A stretch of DNA of 64,000 nucleotides. It comes from the human T2T-CHM13v2.0 reference genome, Homo sapiens. The stretch lies in NCBI RefSeq assembly GCF_009914755.1, contig NC_060947.1; one strand, written 5' to 3'. The notes under the pieces are model-generated. The model made no database searches. It had not been told where the DNA came from and was given only the letters and a program-made list of their open reading frames with translations. Below are positions 12,607 through 28,332 of the stretch, one piece after another (position 1 is the first letter of the stretch; each line of letters starts with the position of its first letter). The position numbers and the translations under genes were made by a program.

Positions 12607-13264
12607 GGACTCTCATTTGCAATTGCTACAAAGAGAATAAAATACCTAGGAATACAACTTACAAGGGATGCGAAGGACCTCTTCAAGGAGAACTACAAAC
12701 CACTGCTCAAGGAAATAAGAGAGGACACAAACAAATGGAAAAACATTCCATGCTCATGGATAGGAAGAATCAATATCATGCAAATGGCCATACTGCCCAA
12801 AATAATTTATAGATTCAATGCTATCCCCATCAAGCTACCATTGACTTTCTTCACAGAATTAGAAAAAACTATTTTAAATTTCATATGGAACCAAAAAAAA
12901 GAGCCTGTATAGCCAAGACAGTCCTAAGCAGAAAGAACAAAGCTGGAGGCATTATTTTACCTGACTTCAAACTATACTACAAGGCTACAGTAACCAAAAC
13001 AGCATGCTACTGGTACCAAAACAGATATATAGGCCAATGGAACAGAACAGAGGCCTCAGAAATAACGCCACATATCTACAACCGTCTGATCTTTGACAAA
13101 CCTGACAAAAACCAGCAATGGGGAAAGGATTCCCTATTTAATAAATGGTGTTGGGGAAACTGGCTAGCCATATGCAGAAAACTGAAACTGGACCCTTTCC
13201 TTACACCTTATACAAAAATTAACTCAAGGTGGATTAAAGACTGGAATGTAAGCCCTAAAACCAT
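12607..13264 (+). mobile_element. L1PA6/7-like: inverted 5' part of the same insertion
   Basis: Sense ORF2 ([10 protein letters not shown]...[18 protein letters not shown]) ending at cctaaaaccat, the L1 position immediately upstream of where the minus segment starts (aaaccctagaag). Confidence 0.95.
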
Positions 13265-14224
13265 GACGTTTTAATTAATTTAAATTTAAACTTAAATACC
13301 ATATTAGCCTGTGCATCTCTAGATAGTGCTTCTCAAACTTTTCTATTGAAGTGCTCTTGATGGTAGAAAAAAGATAATGCATACCCTGATGGTATGGGGG
13401 CTTCAATTTTTCAAGTACAAAATTACTTTGAAGTTAGTTTAAAAAATGCACGGCGATTTTGCATTTCTCTTTATAATATATATACTCTAACATGGAGCCA
13501 AGTGTATGGTCTAGAAACATGTGCCCATGACTTCCTTAGTACACGGCTTCCATGTAGTCTTGAGGGGTCATGATGGCCAGTTAGACATAGATGAATGCAT
13601 TGCAAGTAAGTTGGCTTAAAGTTTAAACTTTACATTCTTCCTATTTTTAGTGCAGCCTGAGAATAAAAACATCTCATCAAACACCCATTCAGTGTTATGA
13701 ACGACCTTCTTGCTGGTATGGGTTATAACCGTCTTACTGCAGTGCAAACCTCCTATTTGATTTAAAAGAAAATTCTCTCCCAGAAATCTCTTCAAGTGCA
13801 TTTAATGAATAAGGCGGTGTCCGTAACTTTCTGTGACATTTACTTTAATAAGCCATGGGAGTGATTTAGTGATCAGTGGGCACTGACATTTGAGGAGGGA
13901 AAGATAAACTTTGCTGCTTCTGACATGACTTTTTTTCTTCTCCTCTTGACTCTGGTCTTGCAGCCATGGAAACTTTGTTTCCTGAGAGAGATGCTGTGTT
14001 CTCTGGCTTTTGGAAGTAATCTATTTTTTTTCCTTTAACAGGCAGCCACAAATTAATTTCTCTTTTGTGTATTTGATGTTGCAAGTGTTTCTACTGAGTA
14101 GAGTATGTTTTCCACAGTATTTGAACTTTCTGTCTTGTTTTGTCTTGTGTGTGTGTGTACATGTTTTTCCTCAACATGGAATTTGTTCTATCATGTTTGA
14201 AAGAAAAAACATGGAACAAAAAGG

Positions 14225-14590
14225 ATTTTAAAGGGAAGATTTAAAAAAATCACTACACAAATACATATATAACTACAATTATAACCCTGACTATATATAT
14301 CTGTACAACCACCATACAGACCAAGATATATAAGAACATTGTCCTCACTCCTCAGGAGGTTCTTCTGTGTCCCCATTCAGTCCATACACCCTGCCCAGAG
14401 GCAACTATTCTGACTCGTGTCACCATAGATTAATTTTTTCTTGTTCTTAAACTTCATGTAAATAGAATCATATAGAATACAGTTTTCACTTACTCTTAGC
14501 CAAAAGGTCAAGAAGCAATCAAAATGCACTTTTGATATTATGTCTATGACATTCATCCATGCTGTGTGTATCAGTACTTCATTTTTAAAT
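14225..14590 (-). mobile_element. Old L1ME fragment (host of the U2 insert)
   Basis: gaggcaactattctgact..caccatagattaatttt..aaatagaatcata..attcatccatgctg. Confidence 0.7.
14487..14519 (-). pseudogene. 3'-truncated U2 snRNA retrocopy (U2 nt ~1-33)
   Basis: Reverse complement ATTGCTTCTTGACCTTTTGGCTAAGAGTAAGTG vs U2 5' end ATCGCTTCTCGGCCTTTTGGCTAAGATCAAGTG (28/33). Flanks agaatacagtttt / aaaatgcactttt match 10/13 (TSD). Confidence 0.88.
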
Positions 14591-14593
14591 GTA

Positions 14594-14720
14594 GGCTTTG
14601 GAGCTTCACTAAATTGGGTTCAGATCCTGCTTCTGTTACCTACCACCTGTGTGACCTTGGGCAAGTAGCTTTACTTCAGTTTTCTCATTTCTAAAATGGG
14701 GATACTAATAATATTTAGCT
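14594..14720 (+). mobile_element. MIR SINE
   Basis: tgtgtgaccttgggcaagt..cttcagttttctcatttctaaaatggggata. Confidence 0.85.
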
Positions 14721-15396
14721 CAAAGGTTTGTGGAGAAAAACAAAAGGACTGCTTCATCACATGTTCCTAAGTGCTTTGAGTAGGCCAGGGGAGCTCCTGC
14801 AGTGGAATTTCTGCTGCCAACTTTTGGGTGCCCACTCATTCCCAGTGGGAAGGATAAGAGACATCTCAGGGCTTTTTTAGGGAGCTCTTGAAATGTCTCA
14901 GCAACATGACAAAGTATTAACTGCCCAAGCAGCAGTTTATCCACAGTCCCTCTCTATAAGGTGAGCTCCATTTCCTCTGCAATGCTTCAGCCTAACCAGC
15001 AAAATTGTTTACTTCCTAAACATTTTTCCAACCTCCAAAACAGCTCACAGGTGCAGACACTCTGGCCTCGAGGAATCTTCTAGTGCTGAAGGTGCCATGT
15101 CTAGGTTTTCTGAATCATAGATCATGGCAGAATATTCGTGATTGGTACTTGTTGAGGACATCCACTTGCCATGTTTCCAGGACTCCAGACATAACTGTGG
15201 CCAGTTCCTGTAGGAGTCAAAGCATGAAAGTAACTCAGGAAACACCCAGTCAGTGGGGATGGAGTTGGGAATTGCATCCGGTGCTGTCATGGATTGGAGA
15301 GCCTTGTCTGGGGCCAGGTAAGCCATAGTTAGGATTTCTGGTGGGTAAGAGAGAACACCAGGCAGTAAGCACCATCCTCCTATTCAGCGGATTTCT

Positions 15397-15531
15397 CTTT
15401 TAAATTTTTTTAAAGTTTTATTTTATTTTTAATTGACAAATAATACTTGTATGTACAACTCATAGAATTAGAGAGTAGAATGGTATTTACTAGAGGCTAT
15501 GGGGAGGGGATGGGGAATGGAGACATTTTGA
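15397..15531 (-). mobile_element. Tiny twin-primed inverted L1MA insertion with TSD
   Basis: Antisense 3' end (ttttattttt aattgacaaataat) fused to sense 3'UTR (aactcatagaattagagagtagaatggt...). TSD tcagcggatttct (15384) / tcagtggctttct (15532). Confidence 0.75.
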
Positions 15532-15649
15532 TCAGTGGCTTTCTTGATGTTCTGACACCTCGTGGGGACACGGAGCTGAGACTTTTCCAGGGGGCATCTG
15601 CTCCACTGCTATCACCCAAGTAAGTCTGTTAATGCCCCAGAAGCTGTGA

Positions 15650-16300
15650 GAATAATAATAACGATAATAATAAAGTAGCTACCATTTTTAGTATCACTCC
15701 AGGGATTCTTGTTGTTTGTTTGAAATATGGCAATCTAGTGAAACCTATGGATCCCTTCTCAGAATAATGTTTCTTAATGCGTAAAGTATAATACATAGGA
15801 TTGCAAAGGAAGCCAAGTATATTGAAATACAGTTATCAAAGTATTTAAAAAATTCCAATATTATAATAGATATATGCTCCTTTATTACTACATTAAATAA
15901 CAAGAGTTAGTGGTGAGTCTAACACACATTATAATTTGAAGTAGTGGTGGTGTAAATAATATTTCAGTACAGCAACTTTAATGTGATATGAAAATATCTG
16001 TAATTCCTATTGGTAAGAAACTCACAAGTACTGCTAATACCACCGTGGTTTGTTACTTTCACTTATAATTGAAGGAAATATTAAATTTCAGTTACAAATG
16101 AATGAAAAATATCTGTTTGTGGCTCTCTTGACCAGTTTAGGAACTCCTGTTTGTGTCAGGCATTGTGCTATTCTCTGAACGTACATTATTCCTAGCCTTA
16201 CAGTCCAGCAATGTCGGAGTTCTTATTCCCATTTTACAGATAAGTGCACTGAGGTTTGGAGTCAGACTAACTCAGCCATGGTCACATAGCAGTGGAGCTT
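15650..16300 (-). mobile_element. MIR split by Charlie4a
   Basis: aataataa..agctaccatttt (left half); tgtgtcaggcattgtgcta..cccattttacagataag (right half). Confidence 0.7.
15700..16149. mobile_element. Charlie4a hAT DNA transposon
   Basis: TIR-like ends cagggattctt ... aggaactcctg; body cctatggatcccttctcagaataatgttt..atacataggatt. Confidence 0.8.
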
Positions 16301-16608
16301 GCTGTCCAGGCCAGGGCTTTGTGATGGCAGAGCTCAGGTTTTCCCTCCCACACCTTGCATGCCTTGAACTCCTGAGCCACATTTCCCCCTGAGAGACATT
16401 GGCATAAGAGATGCCCAGGGACTTTTAAAGGAACGTAGTAAAGGCACTCTTTCCTAGACTTTCCATATTTCTCCAAAGAGAAAGCAAGCTCCTTTCTTCT
16501 TCTGAAAGCCTGTCCTGTGGAAGTATCAAGCAGCTTTTCTCTTGGATCTCCAGGGCCACATTTTGGGAATTCCCTTGAGTCTCCCAGCCAATGTTAGGTG
16601 GTCCTATT

Positions 16609-16790
16609 CCATTGGTGTGCCAGAGCTGACATGTAAAGGCTTGCAAGAGCCAATTGTGTACATCTCTTCTCACATTGGTAGCTTGAAATCAACCATGGTA
16701 GAACTATTTACATCATGGAATTCCTAAACACTACTAATGAAAGCGTTTTTATTTTAAAAGCCAGTTGTTTAACATTTACTCTTGAACATG
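16609..16790. mobile_element. MER63-like hAT MITE
   Basis: ggtgtgccagagc..gagccaattgtg..ttggtagcttgaaatcaaccatggt..gccagttgtttaacattta. Confidence 0.7.
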
Positions 16791-16944
16791 CTTCTTTGTC
16801 CCTCATGTGTTCCCAGTCCTCACTCCTCCAAAGGAAAGGGTTTGAGCAACCAACCACCACACAGTTGGAAGAACTAGCTTGCCTTGGTAACATAAAGTCT
16901 TGGCTTACTTGCTTGCTGTCTTCCTCCTTCCTGGGTACTGAAGC

Positions 16945-17525
16945 TGTTTTAAAATGTAGGTTTTATTATTATTCAGGTACAGTGAGGCCAACAGATCAGG
17001 AGATGGACAATTCCATTGAAAAGACAGTTTGTTACTCACAGATCCTCCCAAGAGGAGGGGCTATACCACATCATGGGGGCCCACACGGGGAAGCACTAGG
17101 GTGGGTCAGGAGACAGGAGAGGGTACAACTGTGGACAAGAGTCTTACTTGTGGTTTTCATGGGAAGGAACAGGCAAGGCAGGGTAATCAGGCTTTGGATT
17201 GGCTAGTTTCAGGAATTTCAGTGGGCTCTGGGGCATCCCAGGGCCAAGTACCAGACAACTAAGGACATCTATGCCTTAGTTGTCTGGTACTTGGCCCTGG
17301 GATGATTAGGGCAGGTGGATGGTGACCTGGAGTGTGAGAGCTGCATAAAGGAAGTGGTTGGGATGTGGACTCTGGATTGGTTGGTTCGCATATGAAAGGA
17401 GCTCTCCCAGGTGAGTTGTTTGCTATCTCTAGGAATTACCTAGCCCTGGGAGGTGCAGCTCCTCTAGGGTGAACAAGGCCCCAAGATGTCAAAGCATCAA
17501 AAATACAGAATTAATGCAAAAGCCA
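16945..17525. mobile_element. ERVL-class solo LTR (LTR53-like; family uncertain)
   Basis: caggtacagtgaggccaacagatcaggagatg...ggattggctagttt...gatgtcaaagcatca. Confidence 0.6.
17234..17304. repeat. Perfect inverted repeat: 31-bp arms, 9-nt loop
   Basis: catcccagggccaagtaccagacaactaagg / acatctatg / ccttagttgtctggtacttggccctgggatg. The arms are exact reverse complements. Confidence 0.98.
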
Positions 17526-18674
17526 ACACTGTCCTCAGAGTGGATGGCAGCAGCATTAGATTGGAGTGATTTCCCAATAAGTGGTGTGAGAGGCTCCCCT
17601 CTTCATTTAGCTCCAATGGCGAGAATGTTTTACATTGCACATATTGGCAGCTCCGTTGTCCTCATAAAAAGAAGCATGATAGAAAGTAAAAGCTGAGACT
17701 TAATGGCCAATTTAAGCTTGAGATAACTCTGCTATGGTAGATCTAAAGAGGCTCCCAGGTTACCTACGTAGCACCAGTCTCAACCTTATGTGCACTAATT
17801 CAAACTTCAGGGGACACACATTTTGCATTTCTACAAACTAAGCGAGTATTAGGAAAAATAAACACTCACCAGTTCTTTTTATGCTATCACATTCTATGTT
17901 GCACATAAGAAAAAAATATGCTTTCTAGAGAGTTGTAAACATTCTGCACACAACATCCATTATGTTATAGCTGGCAATGGGGTCCAAATGGAATAATCTG
18001 CAGACTAAACCCTTTCTTTATCCCCAGAGCTGAGGCTGAGGTCAGTAGGACAGTGTGGGTGAAACAGCTTCTGAGGTGCCCTCCGACTCTGAAATGTGCT
18101 GACCTGGAGTTTTGCCAGTTGGCCCAGGTTGGATAATAGACTGTTAGATGGCCTACATCTAAGGGATGATAAAATAGCAGCCCAGACCTTGATCCCTGCT
18201 CCTGCCAGGTTCTAAAGCATCAGCTCTGGGTGGTGGGGGTGGGGTTCCGGATGGACTGCTTTTCAATTTTCCCAAGCCCCAGAAAAGCAGTCGGCTGTTA
18301 CAGACCAGGATTGCTTTAGCCTGAAGGAGAGGAGAAATGCAACTTACTGCCTTTCCGATCGTAGGTTTGTGCTGGGTTGTATTGAGCAAAAACATGGCAG
18401 CGTTTTGGATTCTGAACATCAGTGGCAATTTGAAGGCTGTAGAGCTTTCTATAGGGCTGAGAGGATCCTGGCCACTGACAGCCTTCCTGTTGAGCAGACA
18501 CATGGCTGGCTAAAGACTTTGGTGGATTCCAGTGGTGATCATGGCATGCAAGCCTTCCTCCCCTAGCTGGGACTAATATATCACAGGGCACAACTTGGCT
18601 TCTAAGAATCAGCATATTAGGCAGCAAAACGTGATTTCACTGCAGGAACTAAACGGAGATGGTCCTGAAGCATG

Positions 18675-18750
18675 TGTTTCCCCAGCACCTAGTGTGACAT
18701 CTGTCTGCATGTAGTAGGTGCTCAGTAAATGGTAGTTGAGTGAATGAACA
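18675..18750 (+). mobile_element. L2 3' tail
   Basis: ccccagcacctag..gtagtaggtgctcagtaaat..tgagtgaatgaa. Confidence 0.7.
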
Positions 18751-18904
18751 GATGCTCATTTTATGTATCCTACAAGGAAAAGACAACAATTCCTCCTGTT
18801 GTTTCTTTTAATAATGAGAGTTGGCCAGAAATGGAATGGAGTGATTTTTAAGATTTAACATTACAACCTCAAAGTATACAAGCTGTAGCTAGATAGTAAA
18901 AATA

Positions 18905-19340
18905 ACAGTAGCTATTGGTCACTCATTGCTGTATAACAAATAACTCTAAAATTCAGTGGCAAGTATCTATTGTCATGTTTTCAGTTTTGCAGATCAGCCA
19001 TGGTGACGCTGCTTCAAGCTGCAGGTCTGTGCATTGATTAGCTAATGTACGCTGGGCTTGGTTCTCATCTTCAGGTTTGGTTCCAGTCTGTTCCACGTGG
19101 CTTTCTTGCTTCTGGGACAGTGGGCTCTCCAGGGCATGTTCTTCTTATGGCAATGGCAGAAGCACAGGAGGACAAGCCCCACAGAACAAGCACATTTTAA
19201 GCTTCAGCCCACATCGTATTTGCCAGCATCCCATCAGACAGAGCAAGTTATATGGCCAAGCCCAAAAGCAATAAGTAGTAAAATATACTTTGCCTTCAGT
19301 GGGAACAGGAGGGAAATTAGTTATCACTGAACAATAATAA
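18905..19340 (-). mobile_element. MLT1 (I/J-like) MaLR LTR
   Basis: attgctgtataacaaataactctaaaattcagtggc...atggcaatggcagaagcacaggag...tatggccaagccc. Confidence 0.75.
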
Positions 19341-19870
19341 GCAACAACAATAATAAATGAGCAATAAACAAACTACCTACCATTTATTGGATGTTACTGT
19401 GTGCCAGGCACTGTTCTAAGCATTTTCCATGCTTAGAACATTTTCTATATTCATTTTCCAATAAACTTATCTAACCACCATAGCAACCTAACGGGGTAGG
19501 TGCTGCTATGGTTAAGCTCCATTTTACAGGTAAGAAAACTGAGGCACAGAATGACTGATGAACTTGTTGCAGGGCACACACCCAAGAGGCAGTGGAACCA
19601 GGATTCACACCCAGTTAGTCCAGCCCCAATGCCTACTCTCTTAGCCACTCTACGCTCCTGCTCCAGAAAGCAAGAAGCATGCTAAACAACTTTGGGGCAC
19701 TTTGAAGTTTGCAAAATGCTATCACAAATGTCTCATTTAATATTTCATGGAAGCCAGGATAGGCTATTTCCATTTACTAAGCACGAGGACACTGAGGCCC
19801 AGAGAGGTTAAGGAACTTGCCCAAGTCACACAACTGGGAAGTGACTGAGCCAACATGGAGTCCCGGGCCT
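19340..19870 (-). mobile_element. Two tandem MIR SINEs (~19340-19650, ~19690-19870)
   Basis: tgtgccaggcactgttctaag..ccattttacaggtaagaaaactgaggcacaga; actgaggcccagagaggttaaggaacttgcccaagtcaca. Confidence 0.8.
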
Positions 19871-21601
19871 TGCTTCTAGCAGGAATTCCACTCTTGTGAA
19901 TGAGGAGCAACTCAGCAGTTATCCAGGGTTTTTTTCTGCCTTTGGGCCTTGGGAGGCTTCTAATTTAGGGCGCCCACCCTCCAACGCAGCCTTTTACTTG
20001 ACTTATTTATGTATTTTCTGGCTGGAGGATTTGTGCCCTTGTTCCTTGGCATGGGATTGATGTCATGGCAAGATAGCTGTGCTCTAGTTCTCACGGTCTC
20101 CAAGGCCTTAGTTTCTCATGACATGGCATGTCCCTGAGTGTCCCCTTCTCTCCCTGATGTACCCGCCCTTGCTTTCTTCCTCTACTGAATGCTGGGACAG
20201 CCTTGGCTGTCCTATGTGTCTGGTTACAGGCTCAGAAGGGCAAGACCAGCTCAGAGGCTGTAATTTTAGTCCTGGATGAAAGGCAAGGGGAAGCAAAGGG
20301 GACTCTTTAACAGGTGTACCCAAGCCACAAGGCTGTATCTCCTGAACTCTGGTAGAAAGCAGACACTTAGGGAAGAGTCTCAATGTGAGCAATATTTTCA
20401 GGATCCAAAGCCCCCAGTGTGGGGAGTGCCAGGGAGTCAGGAGTTCCCAACACCAAAATAAAAAGTGCAGATTGACAGCTCTGAACAAAACCTTGTGCTT
20501 GCTGCTCTCTGCAGTGTGGTGGGGCACAGGGGGTGGAGGTTTATGCCAATATATGCTCCCATTCTTGCAACCAATTTGAACAAGTCTCGAAACCAGCAAA
20601 AATCCTATTAATGTGTTTCTCCTCACCTGTATCCTGCCGGCATCCCACCTGCCTGCCTTTTCCTCCCACCTCGCCGCCTCGCTTCTGGCAGAATCTGATG
20701 GCTACACAACTGTCATTCAGGAGTTTCCGCTACGGGTAGAGATTCCCATACATAAGGCACCAATGAGCCAGAAAGGACAAGCAGAGAATGTTACATTTTA
20801 TTTGGCCCACTGCCCAACATTTCTTACCTCATTGCCTGAATTCTGTCATACTAGAGTCAGGGCTTATCTTCAAGACACTGGAAATTTCCAGATGCTTACA
20901 GCTCCCTTTCCCCCATTCTGAGCCCTCCAGTCAGGGTGACGTTTGGGCTTGAGGGCTGAAGGACCTGCATTTTTTGGTGCGGGAAGGGATGGGAGATGTC
21001 CTGCAGCTACAGGCAGGAGAGGCCTCCTGTGGGGTTACAGGGGTGATGTAGGTATGCAATCACCACATCCAGAAACTTGACCTAGACCTGGAAACTAGAG
21101 CCAGCATTTCTAACTTTTTCTATGCCATGGACCCCTGGGCAGGCTGGTGAAATCTGGACTCTTCTCGGACTGAGGTTTGAAAATATGTAGAATTACAAAG
21201 GACCTACAGTTACTATGTAAATACAGTTATGCAAATATGAATTTGTGATATAGTAAAATATGTGCTTCTTATTAACCCACGAATTATCAAGATCTAGTTG
21301 AAGTGTTAAAGTTGTACTATTTCCAGATATCTGAAACAACTCTTTCTGTGATGTGAAAATATCTATGTATTCTTTTTTTCTTTCTTTCTTTTTTTAAATT
21401 ATAATTTAAGTTCTGGGATACATGTGTAGAACGTGCAGTTTTGTTACATAAGTATACATGTGCCATGGTGGTTTGCTGCACCCATCAACCCGTCATCTAC
21501 ATTAGGTATTTCTGCTAATGCTATCCCTCCCCTAGCCCCACACCCCTCGACAGGCCCTGGTGTGTGATGTTCCCCTCCCTGTGTTCATGTGTTCTCATTG
21601 T

Positions 21602-25342
<3,741 letters not shown>

Positions 25343-25624
25343 TATTATTGTGTGGGAGTCTAAGTCTCTTTGTAGGTCTTTCTATTGGTGATGGAGTAAC
25401 AGGTTCTGCTCATACCATTGTGGTTTGTTGCCTATGATCATAACTAAAAGGAATGCTACATTTCAGTTAGAGATGACAAAAAATAAAATTTTAAATTTCT
25501 CTCCAAGTTTCTGGACCTCCTAAATTCTAGCTTAAGTTCCCCTGATATAGGATCAAGCTACATGGTGACTTGTAAGTTCTTGGAGGGCAGATATTATGTT
25601 CCAACCACTTACATAGTTGAATTC

Positions 25625-25815
25625 TGTTTTTTGTTGTGGAAAATGTCAAATATATAATAAATGGAACAATATGATGAACCTTTCCTAGGCACCTATGAAC
25701 CAGCTTCAACTATTACCAACTCACAGCCAATATTGTTTCACCTATACCTTTACCCACTTCCCTTCCTGTATTATTTTGAAGTCAGTCTTAGACACTGGAT
25801 CGTTTCATCCCATAC
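25625..25815 (-). mobile_element. Old L1M 3' fragment
   Basis: tgtggaaaatgtcaaatata..ccagcttcaactatt..attattttgaag. Confidence 0.55.
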
Positions 25816-25989
25816 TTTGACTTATACATAGTAGGTGGGCCATTACGTATTTGTGGATTGCTGATGGCTTAATTTAGAAAGGCCATTTCAGGTGCTTGCT
25901 TCCAGTGATCATGGGTCAGTGTCCCAGAAGTGTGGACTGGGGTCAGAGAATCCCCTCCCTGTCCTCAGTCATGGTCTATTCCATGCTTC

Positions 25990-26180
25990 CCAGCACATAC
26001 CTGATGCTGCATTAGTTATTTATTCATTTCCACATCTATTTTCAGTCTTTTTCCACTGCAGTGTAAATTTCATGAAGGAAAAGACTTTGTCTGCTTGTCC
26101 ACTGCATCGCCAGTCCCCCAGCACAGTGCCTGGCATATAGTAGGTGCTTAGTAAACTCAGTACATTTCGAATGAGTGGAT
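25990..26180 (+). mobile_element. L2 3' end
   Basis: cagcacagtgcctggcatatagtaggtgcttagtaaa..gaatgagtggatgg. Confidence 0.75.
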
Positions 26181-26239
26181 GGCTAGGCCCCCTGAATTGA
26201 AAGTGAATGAGGAAAGGGAAGTTATGGAGATGTATGCTA

Positions 26240-26405
26240 TTTCTACTCAAAAGTAGGGTCCCTGTACCACAGCATCAGTATCTTCTGGAAGCTTATTAGA
26301 AATGCAGAATCTCAGGCCCCACGCCAGATCTACTGAGTCAGAATCTGCATTTAAACAAGATTTTTAGGTGATTCTGTAGTTACATAACAGTTTCAGGAGC
26401 CCTGC
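26240..26405. mobile_element. MER5A hAT MITE
   Basis: tactcaaaagt..cagcatcagtatc..ttagaaatgcagaatctcaggcccc..tactgagtcagaatctgcattt. Confidence 0.85.
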
Positions 26406-26519
26406 TTTGCCACCTTAACCTGCAAGGGAGAGAATGACAACCAGGAAGAGCTTTCCGCTGACTTCCAAGATATTACCAACCAGGAGGGCAGGGCAGGGCA
26501 AAGGAATGCACTCATTTGT

Positions 26520-26970
<451 letters not shown>

Positions 26971-28332
26971 CTGTATGACTCTTGAACTAATTCCACATGG
27001 CTGTCTTTCCAAAATATGAAGGAATGACATTTGTTCATTTTTCAAATGCCATTTGATATTTTTGACTTCTGACTCCAAACTTGTTCTGGGAATCCTCCCC
27101 CTTCTGTTTAATCATAACTGTGGAGAGTGCTTGGAAAAAGTGTGAAGTGTGAGGCTCACCTTTGGTGCTCCCAGCCATTAACTTCTGTACCCTTTCTCCT
27201 TTTCTGGGATATCCTTCTCCCTATGGGGCATCACAGACCCTCTTCCATAAGATCCTGCTCCCAGGCAAAACAGCCAAGATCACAGTCACATAGCATTTCA
27301 TTCCCTGAGAACTGGGGGTCCTTGATGGTAGAATAAAATTGTTTTCCTTGATGTAGGTATCAGAGGGCTAGTGGGGGAATTTTTTAAAAACCCAAAACAT
27401 TTTGCATGTGCATGCCATTGAGGAAGGGACTTCCCAGCCATTGAAATATTATAACATCCCATGGATAAGTGCTTGCTTTGGCCTTGGGTGTTAAGAGTTC
27501 TGATGGTCACAATCACTTCTTTGTGTTGGAGCCATGGACCAACAAGGTTGGGTCAGTTCAGCTCGAGAACAGTTGGACAGATTGAGGCACTTCTTACTTC
27601 TAAACTCACATTTGGCTGTTCTAATCTGGACGTATTCAAAACAACTGGCTGAGGCAGGGAAGCGGAACTGAAGCTTTTTAATGCTTACAGGGAATATTGA
27701 TAGCCCAGGTGAATGCTCCTCACCCCTTGCCTCCAAATACTCCCCAGCCTTGCCTCACACATCCATTACATGATACTCTGTGTTTACCCGGGGCTTGTCC
27801 CAACAGAACTTAGTAATCCTACTTCTATCTTGGTCTGGCTGTGTATTTACATGGTAAACATTTCTACAAAAGACAGGGAAATATTCACTTCAAAATACCC
27901 TATAAAAATTGCCCTTTAGAGATGAGTGGATAGGAAAAAGCAAACATTTCATATTTATAAAATGAATCATTTTTATAAAAATGTTACTCATAGACCAAAA
28001 ACTTAATAATATTGTTGGTAGCACAGTAATACTTGTATAGGTTTGTTTCGCATTGTAGAGATATATAGATGTATTCTTTCATATACATAATTTCATCTAA
28101 GCTTCTCAGAATCCAGTAAGGTAGACACCATTATCTCTAGTTTTAAAAATGAGAAAACAGGGGCTTAGGAAGGTTGTATAAATGTCCAGTATTATGCTCC
28201 TAGGCAGCCTGAAGATAAGGATATGAGGCTAGGTCTTCTCAGTCAAAACTAAATGCCTATTGGCATATTTCAGCCAAGGGTACCTTAGAAGCCAGTTGTA
28301 AACCCATTGGCACACAGCTGTCTCAAAGTATC

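Larger units (their letters stand above)
11335..13330. mobile_element. MER3 hAT MITE split by an L1 insertion (halves ~11335-11495 and ~13270-13330)
   Basis: ccagtgctgtccaatag...gaggaactgaatttt, resuming as ttaattaatttaaatttaaa...accatatt after the L1. Confidence 0.8.

Noticed and set aside
15041-15325. Possible + strand non-coding exon (cacag|gtgc ... cag|gtaagc)
   Set aside because: Good donor but weak acceptor; such pairs are frequent by chance without transcript evidence.
16715-17206. 163-aa + strand ORF
   Set aside because: Runs across a MER63-like MITE and an LTR; a chance open frame.
19515-19535. ttttacag|gtaag recursive-splice-like motif in an antisense MIR (similar motif at 41779)
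   Set aside because: Short pyrimidine tract, and it arises from the MIR core by a few substitutions; needs RNA-seq saw-tooth evidence.
20108-20626. Longest non-L1 ORF (172 aa)
   Set aside because: No recognisable domain or splice context; the length is compatible with chance in 64 kb.
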